Assembly (NCBI GenBank): GCA_050253415.1
Contig: JBFWJC010000002.1
Span: 352,001-416,000, forward strand
Reading direction: 5' to 3'
Length of the DNA stretch: 64,000 bases
From: Pedobacter sp.
GTDB lineage: Bacteria; Desulfobacterota; Desulfuromonadia; Desulfuromonadales; Syntrophotaleaceae
The notes under the pieces were generated by a model. That model ran no database searches and was not told where the DNA came from. It saw nothing but the letters and a program-made list of their open reading frames with translations. Below are positions 50,444-60,338 of the stretch, piece after piece. Position numbers and translations under genes: made by a program. Every line of letters starts with the position of its first letter. Within the stretch, counting starts at the first letter, position 1.

Positions 50444-51448
50444 TTATTGATCCACCGTACAAACCTGATCGCCGGTATAGATGGGGCTAACCGATTTCAG
50501 TATCAGTGCTGCCGAAGTTTGAGGCTGGGAACTCAAAATCACGGCGGCTCCAAGCAGTTCGTCGGGTAAATCGACCCGATGGCCCGGCAGGGTGCGATGG
50601 GTTGTTTGACGCGGGCGCGTAATATAAACCATGTTGCCGGGTTCGAGACCGTCTTCAAAACCAAGATCAAGATAGACAACGTCGTGTTGGCTCAAGGCGA
50701 TTTTTTCCCGACTGTTGGCGACAACGTAGCCCATCAGCGGGGCGGCGGATTTTTTGAGAACGATTTCGCGGCTGGCCGGTTCTTTAGGGATCAATAGGGC
50801 GCCGCGGGTAATCTCTTTGGTTACCTGGCTGATAACGGCGGTAGCCACAGGAGGGTTGACAGCGGTGATCCGGGCTTCGCCAAGATGGCTTATCCGGTGG
50901 CCGAGAACTTCCTTGCTGACGGGATGGGTGACTTTTTCGCCCACCTCGACCAGGGTATAGATATCCCCGGGTTGCAGGTTGGGGTCTTCGGTTTTTACAA
51001 ATATCTGGTCCTGGTAACTTAACAGGATACGGTCATCGGTGGCATCGACCAGGGTTCCGGCGCTCTCAATTTCGTCCAGAGTGACAAAGCCTTCGCTTCC
51101 CGCCATGCCTTTGACGGTGATTTCTTCAACCGGTTCGATGGGCATGCTGTCCATCGGGCTGTCAACAGGTTGCATTGCGGCTGCTTCAGCCTCACCCGGC
51201 AGGAGTACCAGTCTGCCATCGCGAATAGCGACTTTCTGTCCGGGGTAGATGAAGTGGGGGTTGGTAATAAAGGGGTTGTTGGCCCAAAGGTTAGGCCAGT
51301 AATAGGGGTCTTTGATGAATTTTTCCGAGACGCCCCACAGCGTATCGCCTTTTTTGATGGTGTAAATCTGCTCCGGCGTTTGCGCTGTGGCTGCAAGCGG
51401 AAACAGCAGCACACACATAACTATCAGTGCTTTGCAGATGGTCTTCAT
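50444..51448 (-). CDS. LysM peptidoglycan-binding protein (TsaP-like position next to dprA)
   Basis: signal peptide, YTIKKGDTLW..S..F..DPYYWPNLW..N..ITNPHFIYPG. Confidence 0.9.
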   Translation of the reverse strand: MKTICKALIVMCVLLFPLAATAQTPEQIYTIKKGDTLWGVSEKFIKDPYYWPNLWANNPFITNPHFIYPGQKVAIRDGRLVLLPGEAEAAAMQPVDSPMDSMPIEPVEEITVKGMAGSEGFVTLDEIESAGTLVDATDDRILLSYQDQIFVKTEDPNLQPGDIYTLVEVGEKVTHPVSKEVLGHRISHLGEARITAVNPPVATAVISQVTKEITRGALLIPKEPASREIVLKKSAAPLMGYVVANSREKIALSQHDVVYLDLGFEDGLEPGNMVYITRPRQTTHRTLPGHRVDLPDELLGAAVILSSQPQTSAALILKSVSPIYTGDQVCTVDQ

Positions 51449-51528
51449 GGAATATCCCCCGTGAGATGGCAGTCAGGGGAAAACCGTCACAGTTCTCCGC
51501 CTGAGCGATTGATGACAAATCTGTGGTG

Positions 51529-52197
51529 TCAGGGCTCGACCAGGGCTTTACGGGCCGCAGCACTGTTCGGGTAGCGTTGCTGCAGCGTTTGCAGGACCTG
51601 CCGGGCTTTTTCGTATTGATTGAGCTGCCGCAATGCCGGTGCCATGCGCAGCAAGGCATCCGGTGCTTTGCCGCTGAGCGGGTAATTGTCGACAACTTTC
51701 TGGAATTCCTGAACCGATCGCGCGTGTTGACCAAGTTTGTAGTAGCATTCTCCGAGCCAAAACTGGGCGTTGCCTGCATAATTATTGGAAGGAAAATGAT
51801 TTAAGAAGGTTTCAAAGCCTTCGATAGATTGACTGTAGCGGCCAGAAGCGTAATCACCAAAAGCCTTGAGGTAGGTTTCGGTCGGAGAAACGGCTGACTG
51901 TTCGGCCTCGGTTGCAGGAGTCTGGCCTGTATAACCGGTGTTTTCCCCGATGGGGGTGACTTTTTGTGCCGCCAGGGCGGTTTGCAGAACACCAATTTGT
52001 TGTTGTTGCTTGGCCAGTTGTTGTTCCAGTCTGTCCAAGCGTAAATTGTGTTGTTCTATGAGGCGGTTTTGATTCTCTGCACTTGCCTGAAGCGAAGATA
52101 AACGCTCATCGGCCTGCGGCGCATGGCCGGGAGAGGTCATGGCGCAACCGGAAAAAAGGAAGATGGCAAGGGCTGAAAAAGCAAAAAGGCGAGTCAT
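51529..52197 (-). CDS. cpoB: Tol-Pal-associated CpoB/YbgF TPR lipoprotein
   Basis: lipobox FSGC, coiled coil, NAQFWLGECYY, KAPDALL, YPNS.AA. Confidence 0.85.
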   Translation of the reverse strand: MTRLFAFSALAIFLFSGCAMTSPGHAPQADERLSSLQASAENQNRLIEQHNLRLDRLEQQLAKQQQQIGVLQTALAAQKVTPIGENTGYTGQTPATEAEQSAVSPTETYLKAFGDYASGRYSQSIEGFETFLNHFPSNNYAGNAQFWLGECYYKLGQHARSVQEFQKVVDNYPLSGKAPDALLRMAPALRQLNQYEKARQVLQTLQQRYPNSAAARKALVEP

Positions 52198-52468
52198 GGC
52201 AACATCCCCGGCTTGCGGAAAACCCGGAAGCCAAAAAAGAACACGGTAATGTGAAAATTTGCTAAAAAAGTATAGGCTTTTTAACACCTTGTCAAGCGGA
52301 AAGGTTTTCCTGACGGGGGAGAAGCTGTTTCGCAGAGAGGCTGTTTCATGTTAATGTCGATTGGTTTGACGTGAAGCAGGAAATCGAAATTTTTACCCGA
52401 TCGCGTTTATGCATTAAACTCGACAACTAATGAATTGCCCTGAAACGTGATGCTGCTCTGGAGTTGCC

Positions 52469-53689
52469 ATGAAATCGCAACCTGAATTGCTGGCACCTGC
52501 CGGTAATATGGAAAAACTTGAAACCGCCTTGCTGTATGGGGCTGATGCTGTTTATGTAGGCGGAGAGCAATTCGGTCTGCGGGCTCAGGCAGGCAACTTT
52601 ACTCTGGAACAGTTGGCCAGAGCGAGGGAGCTGACCCTGCGCTTTAACCGGCGACTGTATCTGACCCTGAACGCTTATCTCATGCCCGGTGAAACGGATG
52701 CCTGCGCCGCCTATCTTGAACAATTGCGCGACCTGGATCTGGATGCCTATATCGTGGCTGACCCTGGGGTTCTCGCCCTGGTGCGGGCTGGCGACCCCGA
52801 CCGGGAAATCCATCTCTCCACCCAGGCCAATACGACCAATGCCGAGGCGGCCCGGTTCTGGTCCCTGGCCGGAGTGCGGCGTATCAACCTGGCTCGCGAA
52901 CTGAGTATGGAAGATATCCGTGCTGTGCGTTCCGCAACCGATGTTGAACTGGAAGTTTTTGTGCATGGTGCCATGTGCGTGGCTTATTCCGGCCGTTGTC
53001 TATTGTCGGCAGCACTGACGGAGCGTGGTGCGAATCGGGGCTTATGCACTCAGCCCTGCCGCTGGAGCTACGCCCTGATGGAGAAAACCCGCCCCGGGCA
53101 GTATTTTCCCATCGAGGAGGATGCGCGTGGCAGTTATTTGATGAATAGCCGGGATCTGTGCCTGCTTGCCCAGCTGCCCCAGTTGATCGATGCCGGCGTC
53201 GATAGCCTCAAGATCGAGGGGCGCATGAAAAGCCGCTATTACGTAGCGGCGGTAACCCGGGTCTACCGGAAGGCGTTGGACAGTTACCTGGAAAACCCTG
53301 CCGACTGGCGTTGTCAAGCAAGCTGGCGCGAGGAACTGGAAAGTGTCAGCCATCGGCCTTACAGTACCGGTTTTTTCCTCGGTAAGGATGATCCGCAGTT
53401 GCAGACTGACCACGGTGGTTACATCCGTCGTTGCGATTTCGTCGGGGAGGTGTCCCGGGTGGATGTCGACGGACGTGGGCTGGTGATCGGGCGCAATCGC
53501 TTTTTCCCCGGGGAAAAGCTGGAGTTAATCGGGCCGGACATGCGTCAGGCCAGTTTCGAAGTGAGCGATCCTATGACCGAGGGGGGGGCACCGTTGTCGG
53601 TGGTGCAGCCCAATGCCCAAGCGCTGCTGCCTCTGCCTGCGGGAGCCCAGGCGGGGGATCTGCTGCGCCGCAATCGGGTGGAAGATTAG
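52469..53689 (+). CDS. peptidase U32 family protein (TrhP/YegQ-like tRNA hydroxylase)
   Basis: PELLAPAG, GADAVY, HLSTQ, LAREL, CVAYSGRC..CTQPCR, SLKIEGR. Confidence 0.9.
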   Translation: MKSQPELLAPAGNMEKLETALLYGADAVYVGGEQFGLRAQAGNFTLEQLARARELTLRFNRRLYLTLNAYLMPGETDACAAYLEQLRDLDLDAYIVADPGVLALVRAGDPDREIHLSTQANTTNAEAARFWSLAGVRRINLARELSMEDIRAVRSATDVELEVFVHGAMCVAYSGRCLLSAALTERGANRGLCTQPCRWSYALMEKTRPGQYFPIEEDARGSYLMNSRDLCLLAQLPQLIDAGVDSLKIEGRMKSRYYVAAVTRVYRKALDSYLENPADWRCQASWREELESVSHRPYSTGFFLGKDDPQLQTDHGGYIRRCDFVGEVSRVDVDGRGLVIGRNRFFPGEKLELIGPDMRQASFEVSDPMTEGGAPLSVVQPNAQALLPLPAGAQAGDLLRRNRVED

Positions 53690-53724
53690 GACTCTGTAGA
53701 CCAGCATGGTTCGGGAAAAGTATT

Positions 53725-53991
53725 TTCACCACGAAGATCACGAGAAGATCAAAGACAAGGATTTAAATCGACATTTTAACCAAATTCATGACTCGTGTTT
53801 TTAACGTTTTTGATATGTTTGCTTACGGAAACCTTCAATTCATGTATCAACAGGGATATACAGGATACGCAGGATTAAAACCAAAGGCCTTTGGGGGTAA
53901 GATCTCATCCTGTCTATCCTGAATATCCCTGTTCGTGGTAGCTTTGTCGTTATTGGAACTTCTCCATGTCCTTCGTGCTCTTCGTGGTGAA
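53725..53991. mobile_element. nested palindromic element C (outer CACGAAG-type arms, inner CAGGAT-type arms)
   Basis: outer arms 53725-53749 and 53960-53991; inner arms 53849-53875 and 53907-53933; 53905-53988 is the reverse complement of 41490-41573 with 1 mismatch. Confidence 0.8.
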
Positions 53992-54038
53992 TAAGAGAAA
54001 AATCTTCAAGTATGCACGCGACTGAACAGACGTCTGGC

Positions 54039-54683
54039 TCAAAGGTTCGGCTCGCGCGTCTGCCAGATGCGGCGGGTGCCCAGGTCGCAGGCGGTCAGGG
54101 TGCCGCCATACACCGCACCGGTGTCCAGTCCGATGCGGCGCGATCCGAAATACGGTTTGCGCAGGGGAGTGTGGCCAAACACCACCGTTTTGCCCCAGTC
54201 GGTGGTCGATGTCAGAAACGTATCGCGGATCCACAGCAGATCGTCTTCGGTTTGCTGCCTTAGGGGATAGCCCGGGCGTAGGCCGGCATGCACGAAAATA
54301 TGCTTGCCCGTTTCGTGGAAGCGTTGCAAGCTGTTGAAAAAATGCCGATGGGCGGCAGGTAGCTGCAGATGGCCTTTGTCCAGATAGGCGAGCAGGGTGA
54401 CAAGCCCGCCGTTGGCCAGATACAGTGGCAGGTTGCGGCCGTCCAGCACATCGAGCAGCATGCGTTCGTGATTGCCCATTAAAAAGATGCTCCGCGGAAC
54501 TCTGCGGTGCAGGATCAGCAGGGTTTCCACTACCCCGCGCGGGTCGGGGCCGCGGTCGATATAGTCACCGAGAAACACGATACGGTCATGACGGGTCGGG
54601 TTTATTCGGGTCAGCAGGTTCTGCAGGGCGTATCGGCAGCCATGGATGTCGCCGATAGCCAGCAATCTTCCGCGCCGTTTCAT
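54039..54683 (-). CDS. PPP-family metallophosphoesterase (Ser/Thr phosphatase-like)
   Basis: GDIHG, GDYIDRG, GNHE, HAG, FGHTP, DTGAVYGG. Confidence 0.93.
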   Translation of the reverse strand: MKRRGRLLAIGDIHGCRYALQNLLTRINPTRHDRIVFLGDYIDRGPDPRGVVETLLILHRRVPRSIFLMGNHERMLLDVLDGRNLPLYLANGGLVTLLAYLDKGHLQLPAAHRHFFNSLQRFHETGKHIFVHAGLRPGYPLRQQTEDDLLWIRDTFLTSTTDWGKTVVFGHTPLRKPYFGSRRIGLDTGAVYGGTLTACDLGTRRIWQTREPNL

Positions 54684-54772
54684 GGTGAACTCCTTTAGGG
54701 GCATGCTGATAACTTCCTGATATTACTATAGCTCCGGCCAAGGTATCCGGCAAGGCAGCTGAAGGATGTCTT

Positions 54773-56077
54773 ATGATTACCAGCCCGCGATCCCGGTCCG
54801 TATTTCTGGCCCAGAACGGTACCCTGCTATTTTTGCTGGTGCTGCTGTTTCTGTTCGCCCGTGGCCCTGATCTGTTGTATGGAGCCCTGAGCTTGTTGCT
54901 GCTGGCTGCCTATCATGCACTGGTGAATTATTACTTCACGCCTCGCCAGATCCTGCAGGCTCGCTTGATGACGGTGCATCTGGGGACCTATCTGCTGTTG
55001 TGTACCCTGGTTATCCGGGCTACCACGGAAGCGGATGAGGAAAGTCTCTATTGGATTGTTTACCTTCTTCCCATTACCACTGCCGCCGCCAACCTTAATT
55101 TGTTGCGAACCCTGGCGGTCTGCTGTCTTTCTTCGTTATTGTATGGCGCACTTTTCCCGCAAAGCCTCTATCTGAATCCGCAATCGCGCCCCGAAGAACT
55201 GCCGGAACTGCTGATCCTGGTGACGACCTTTTTTATTATCGGGGTGTTGGTGCAATCCTTTTCCGAAAGCCAGCGACGCAGCCTCGATCTGCAGGAAAAG
55301 CTCAACAGGCGTCTCATCAGTAATAGAAAGACCCTGCAGGACTCCCTGCGTAAACTGCGCAACGCAGAAGAAAACCTGCGGCGTAAGGACAGATTGTCTG
55401 CGTTGGGGCGGTTGTCCGCAGGCATGGCGCATGAAATTCGTAACCCGTTGGGCATTATTTCCTCATCGGTACAACTGTTGGCCAAGAAGCTGGGGCCCCG
55501 CACCGATGACATTCAGCAATTGGTATCCGTGGTGCAGGAAGAGGTTCAGCGCCTTAATGGCCTGATCAACGATTTTATAAAATTCGGCAGACCCGCTGCT
55601 CCGGATCGTCACGATTGCGATATCCGACAACTGGTGGAACGTACCGTGCAGGAATGTCAGCCCCTGGCGCAACAACGCGACGTGCAACTGGTATCGGAGT
55701 GTCCCACCGATCCTCTGGAGGCTTGGGTAGACAGCGGGCTGTTGCGGCAGGCGCTGCTCAATCTGGTTATCAATGCGCTGGAGGCCACCCCACCCCAAGG
55801 GCAAGTGAAAGTACGCTTGAGAGCCGCGGGACAGGGGGTAAGGTTCGAGATTCACAATACCGGTTCCATTATTCCCGAGGAGATGCAATCGCGCATTTTC
55901 GATCTCTTTGTCACCACCAAGGACCGCGGTTCCGGGCTTGGACTGGCCAATGCCCACCAGATCGTCATCGTCCATGGCGGTGAGATGCGCGTGCACAGCA
56001 CCCCGGAAGATGGCACGATGTTCAGTATATGGATACCCCTGCGTGAGGAAATCGATGAATCACATTCTCGTGGTTGA
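54773..56077 (+). CDS. multi-TM sensor histidine kinase
   Basis: about 5-6 TM, AHEIRNPL, NLVINALEA, GSGLGL. Confidence 0.93.
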   Translation: MITSPRSRSVFLAQNGTLLFLLVLLFLFARGPDLLYGALSLLLLAAYHALVNYYFTPRQILQARLMTVHLGTYLLLCTLVIRATTEADEESLYWIVYLLPITTAAANLNLLRTLAVCCLSSLLYGALFPQSLYLNPQSRPEELPELLILVTTFFIIGVLVQSFSESQRRSLDLQEKLNRRLISNRKTLQDSLRKLRNAEENLRRKDRLSALGRLSAGMAHEIRNPLGIISSSVQLLAKKLGPRTDDIQQLVSVVQEEVQRLNGLINDFIKFGRPAAPDRHDCDIRQLVERTVQECQPLAQQRDVQLVSECPTDPLEAWVDSGLLRQALLNLVINALEATPPQGQVKVRLRAAGQGVRFEIHNTGSIIPEEMQSRIFDLFVTTKDRGSGLGLANAHQIVIVHGGEMRVHSTPEDGTMFSIWIPLREEIDESHSRG

Positions 56078-57419
56078 TGATGAAAAGAACTACCTGGTGG
56101 TTTTGTCGGCATTGCTCAGCGATGCTGGCTACAAAGTATCCACCGTTGACAATCCGTTTGCAGCCCTTGAGTTGTTATCCCGTGAGCCGATCTCACTGGT
56201 ACTGTCCGATTTGAAGATGCCGCGCATGGACGGCCTGGAGTTCTACCGTCGTGCCCAGCAGGAATGCGGCCCCGTGCCGTTTATTGTCCTGACCGCGTTT
56301 GCCACCGTGGAGAGTGCCCTTGAAGCGATCAAGGCCGGGGTTTTCGATTACCTCATGAAGCCGTTCAATAACGAGGAGATCCTCCTGACGGTCGCCAAGG
56401 CTCTCGATTTTTCCCGCTTGCAAACGGAGAACGCTTCCCTTAAACGCCAATTGGAACTGATCCGCAAGGGGGACCTCATCGGGGAAAGTTTGCCGATCCG
56501 CCAGTTGCTGGAGGATGTTGCCCGCGTGGCACCGGCCCGCACATCGATCATGATCATGGGCGAAAGCGGATCCGGGAAGGAACTTGTCGCCCGGATGCTG
56601 CATCATGCAAGTCCGAGGGCGGAAGGCCCGCTGGTGACGGTCAATTGCGCAACCTTTACGGAAACCTTGCTGGCGAGCGAGCTTTTCGGCCATGAACGCG
56701 GCGCTTTTACCGGTGCGGTGGAACGAAAGCGGGGCTTGCTGGAGATTGCCAACGGCGGCACCCTGTTTCTTGATGAAATCGGCGAATTCCCCTTAAGCCT
56801 GCAACCCAAGCTGTTGCGGGTCCTGCAGGAACGCCGCTTTCGCCGGGTTGGCGGCACCGTAGAGCTCGAAACCGATGTGCGTCTGGTGGCAGCCACCAAC
56901 CGTGAATTGCGGGCTATGGTCGAGGACGGCAGCTTTCGTGAAGATCTTTATTACCGCCTGAACGTGGTTTCGTTGCAGGTGCCGCCGTTGCGTGAACGCG
57001 GGGACGATATTTCCCTTCTGGCCATGTACTTTTTGCGGCGGTTTGCCCACGAACTGGGCCGGGGGGTGACGGCCATAGCGTCTGACGCACTGGCGATCAT
57101 GCAGCAATATCCCTGGCCGGGCAATGTACGGGAATTGCAGAATGCCATGGAGCGCGGTGTGCTGTTCTGCAAAGGGACCGTGCTGCAGGTGGACGACTTG
57201 CCAGATGCCCTCAGACCGGCAAAATCGGCCGACCCGGTAACGGAATGTATCCTTCCCGGTACCGACAAGCCCTTGCCCGATCTGTTGGAGGATGTCGAAC
57301 GTCAGCTTATCCATCAGGCCCTGGTAAAGGCCCGCGGTGTGCAGGCCCAGGCGGCCCAGTTGCTGGGCATCAGCCGTAGTAATCTGCAGTACAAGCTCAA
57401 AAAATATCAGCTGTTGTAA
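56055..57419 (+). CDS. NtrC-family sigma-54-dependent response regulator
   Basis: REC (VVDDE, DLKMP), GESGSGKE, GAFTGA, LFLDEIG, WPGNVREL, Fis-type HTH. Confidence 0.95.
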   Translation: MNHILVVDDEKNYLVVLSALLSDAGYKVSTVDNPFAALELLSREPISLVLSDLKMPRMDGLEFYRRAQQECGPVPFIVLTAFATVESALEAIKAGVFDYLMKPFNNEEILLTVAKALDFSRLQTENASLKRQLELIRKGDLIGESLPIRQLLEDVARVAPARTSIMIMGESGSGKELVARMLHHASPRAEGPLVTVNCATFTETLLASELFGHERGAFTGAVERKRGLLEIANGGTLFLDEIGEFPLSLQPKLLRVLQERRFRRVGGTVELETDVRLVAATNRELRAMVEDGSFREDLYYRLNVVSLQVPPLRERGDDISLLAMYFLRRFAHELGRGVTAIASDALAIMQQYPWPGNVRELQNAMERGVLFCKGTVLQVDDLPDALRPAKSADPVTECILPGTDKPLPDLLEDVERQLIHQALVKARGVQAQAAQLLGISRSNLQYKLKKYQLL

Positions 57420-57485
57420 TTTGAACCCCGTGCCGTTAATCCTGCCTTTTTGATTCCGGGGTTTTCAGACGCCGTCTGTGGGGGG

Positions 57486-57544
57486 TGTTGAAAACTTTTG
57501 ACATTTCCTCTTTGTGCCCCGGTAGATGTAAAGAAATTTATACA
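57486..57544 (+). promoter_or_regulatory. tandem enhancer (UAS) sites TGT-N12-ACA
   Basis: TGTtgaaaacttttgACA (57486-57503) and TGTaaagaaatttatACA (57527-57544), 41 bp apart. Confidence 0.6.
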
Positions 57545-57595
57545 TTCAGCGACCAACCACGTTCGTAACTTCCCGAATAAACATAGATTTCTTTC

Positions 57596-57611
57596 TGGCC
57601 CACAGCTTGCT
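57596..57611 (+). promoter_or_regulatory. sigma-54 (-24/-12) promoter
   Basis: TGGCCC-ACAGC-TTGCT directly downstream of the bEBP gene. Confidence 0.75.
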
Positions 57612-57694
57612 AAACACCCTCTTGCGAAGATCGGCCGACCGGCCGGGTCTCATCAATAGAAATATTGATCAACCACGCTGTTGAGGGGGGATTT

Positions 57695-59629
57695 GTGGGT
57701 AAGGATGTTACGGATAAAAAATTTTCGATGACAGATCGATTACGGCCGCTGGTGCTGTTGGGTGCGGTTTACCTTGGTCTTTCGCTGCTGTTAAGGGTGG
57801 TGTTGTGGTGGCAGTTCGGCCTGAATGAAGGCGTGGCCCCGTTGGCCCTTCCGGCGGTTCTGGCCTTGGGTGTCTGGCAGGATGCTCTGGTTCTGCCATT
57901 TGTGCTGGGGCCTTTGGCGGTACTGCTGTGTCTGCTCCCCGCTGGATGGGCAGAGCGGCGCTGGTTGCGGTTCACGCTGGGTAGCCTGTTGTATCTGTTG
58001 TTGTTCGGCTTGATGTACCTGCCGTTTGTCGAATTCTTCTTCTTCCAGGAATTCGATGCCCGCTTCAATCTGGTGGCGGTCGACTATCTGATTTACCCCC
58101 ACGAGGTTCTGGTCAATATCTGGGAAAGTTATCCGGTCGGCTGGGTTTTGCTGGCGGTTGGTATGGTGGCTCTGTTGCTGCACCGTCTGTTATGGCCGGC
58201 GTTCCGGCGCGGCTTTCGTAGCCGCTGTCCGATCAAGCTGCGTCTGCGCATCGCGGGTGTCTGGCTGTTGCTGGCGTTTACCGCCGCGATGTTGCCCGGC
58301 CTTGGTGCCCGATCTTCCAATCGGGTCGCCGCCGAACTGAGCGCCAATGGTCTGCGTAGTCTGGTCCAGGCCTTCTGCACCAACGAACTCAGTTATGTCA
58401 AATATTATCGGACCGTCGAGGATTCGCAGGCGTTCGCCCTGATGCGGCGTCACTACGGGGTGCCTGAGGCCTCGGCTGCTCCATACGATCTCAACCGTTC
58501 CGTACCCGAAAGGGCCGACGGCTTCGGGCCTATGAATGTTGTGGTGATTGTCGAAGAGTCGTTTGGTGCAGGGTTCGTTGGCGCTTACGGCGATGAACGC
58601 GGCTTGACGCCGGCCTTTGACCGACTGGCCGCCGAAAGCTTGCGGTTCGGCAATGCCTTTGCCACCGGTACCCGTACCGTACGCGGTCTCGAGGCCATTA
58701 CCCTGTCTTTGCCGCCGATCCCCAGCGAATCGGTGGTTAAACGACCCGGTTGCGAAGGATTGGCCAACTGGGGACAGATCATGAAGACCCATGGCTATAA
58801 CACCAGCTTTCTGTATGGTGGTTACGGGTACTTCGACAACATGAATCATTTTTACGGCAACAACGGCTTTACCCTCAGCGACCGCACCGATATCGCCGAT
58901 CCCCGCTTTGCCAATATCTGGGGGGTGTCCGATGAGGATCTGCTGGAGCACGCGCTTGACTACTACGACGGTGAACATGCCGGCGGCAAGCCGTTTTTCT
59001 CCATCGTTATGACCACCTCAAACCATAGTCCGTACACCTTCCCCGCGGGTATTCCCGGCATTCCTGCCGAGGGCGGCGGCCGCAAAGCCGGGGTGAAGTA
59101 TGCCGATTACGCCCTTGGTCGGTTCATGGATGCAGCCAAGAAGCACGCCTGGTATGACAATACCCTGTTCGTGATCGTGGCGGACCACGACGCCCGCGTG
59201 TATGGCCGTGCTCAGGTGCCTGTTGAGCACTATCGTATTCCTTTGTTGTTTCATGCGCCGGCAAGATTGTCGCCAAAGGTTTGCGAGACGGCCATCAGCC
59301 AGATGGATATTGCTCCGACGGTGCTCGGCCTGCTGGGTATGGGTTATACGGCGCCGTTTTACGGCCAGGATGTTCTGCATCTGGCGCCGGGGGCGGATCA
59401 TCCGATTTTGTTGAATCATAACCATGATGTGGCGCTGCTTGATCAAGGACAGATGGTCGTACTGGGCCTGAACCACAGTGTCGATAGTTACAACTATGAT
59501 GCACAGCAGAAATTGTTGGCTCCGGCACCGCCGTTGTCGGAGTTGACCGATCTGGCGACGGCCTATTACCAGACCGCCTTCGAACTCTTTAAGCACCATG
59601 GATATATCCTGCATGATGAAAAAATTTGA
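57695..59629 (+). CDS. LTA synthase-family (LtaS/OpgB-like) membrane sulfatase-fold phosphotransferase
   Basis: 5 TM N-domain, NVVVIVEES, TRTVRG (Thr nucleophile), TTSNHSPY, YADYALG, VADHD, SQMDIAPT; GTG start after GAGGGGG (or ATG 57728). Confidence 0.9.
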   Translation: MGKDVTDKKFSMTDRLRPLVLLGAVYLGLSLLLRVVLWWQFGLNEGVAPLALPAVLALGVWQDALVLPFVLGPLAVLLCLLPAGWAERRWLRFTLGSLLYLLLFGLMYLPFVEFFFFQEFDARFNLVAVDYLIYPHEVLVNIWESYPVGWVLLAVGMVALLLHRLLWPAFRRGFRSRCPIKLRLRIAGVWLLLAFTAAMLPGLGARSSNRVAAELSANGLRSLVQAFCTNELSYVKYYRTVEDSQAFALMRRHYGVPEASAAPYDLNRSVPERADGFGPMNVVVIVEESFGAGFVGAYGDERGLTPAFDRLAAESLRFGNAFATGTRTVRGLEAITLSLPPIPSESVVKRPGCEGLANWGQIMKTHGYNTSFLYGGYGYFDNMNHFYGNNGFTLSDRTDIADPRFANIWGVSDEDLLEHALDYYDGEHAGGKPFFSIVMTTSNHSPYTFPAGIPGIPAEGGGRKAGVKYADYALGRFMDAAKKHAWYDNTLFVIVADHDARVYGRAQVPVEHYRIPLLFHAPARLSPKVCETAISQMDIAPTVLGLLGMGYTAPFYGQDVLHLAPGADHPILLNHNHDVALLDQGQMVVLGLNHSVDSYNYDAQQKLLAPAPPLSELTDLATAYYQTAFELFKHHGYILHDEKI

Positions 59630-60329
59630 TAAAAAATTCTGGTGGTGGCATGCCGTGCTGCCGTTATTGCTGCTGGTGGCCGGAGTTGCGTTGTTTGAGT
59701 TGACCGATCTGGACCTGCGTTTTTCCGACCCTTTTTTTGATGCGGTGCACCATGTCTGGCCCGCTAAAAACAGCTGGTGGGCTGAAACGCTCATCCACCG
59801 CCGTGGACGGGATCTGGTTCTGATTACCGCCGTAAGTGCCTTGCTGTGCTGGGTGGTGTCGTTCGGCTGGGCGCGGTTGTGGCCGTGGCGGCGCATGGCG
59901 CTGTTTCTGGCCCTGTCCATCGGTATCAGTACCGGGCTGGTAGCCCTCGGCAAGGAGGTCACAAACCGCCATTGCCCTTGGGATTATCAACGTTACGGCG
60001 GGGATGTGCCTTATGTACGGATGTTCGAAGAGGCGCCACAGGCCTGTTCGAACGATGGCAATTGTTTTCCGGCCGGCCATGCAGCGGGTGGTTTCGCCAT
60101 GCTGAGCGGCTATTTCCTGTTTTATGGTCGCCGCCGTCGTTATGCCGTTGTCGCATTGCTGTTCGGGGTGTCTCTCGGTAGCCTTTTCGCGTACGGTCAG
60201 CTGGCGCGAGGTGCTCATTTCGTCTCGCATAACTTGTGGAGTGCCGCCCTTTGCTGGTACGTAGGGCTGGCATTATATGTTTGGGCCTTTCGAGGACGTC
60301 TTGAGACTGCCGGGTCCAGCCATGGCTGA
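59613..60329 (+). CDS. PAP2-family membrane phosphatase
   Basis: K...RHCPW, FPAGHA, RGAHFVSH. Confidence 0.9.
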   Translation: MMKKFDKKFWWWHAVLPLLLLVAGVALFELTDLDLRFSDPFFDAVHHVWPAKNSWWAETLIHRRGRDLVLITAVSALLCWVVSFGWARLWPWRRMALFLALSIGISTGLVALGKEVTNRHCPWDYQRYGGDVPYVRMFEEAPQACSNDGNCFPAGHAAGGFAMLSGYFLFYGRRRRYAVVALLFGVSLGSLFAYGQLARGAHFVSHNLWSAALCWYVGLALYVWAFRGRLETAGSSHG

Positions 60330-60338
60330 GCGAAGGTT

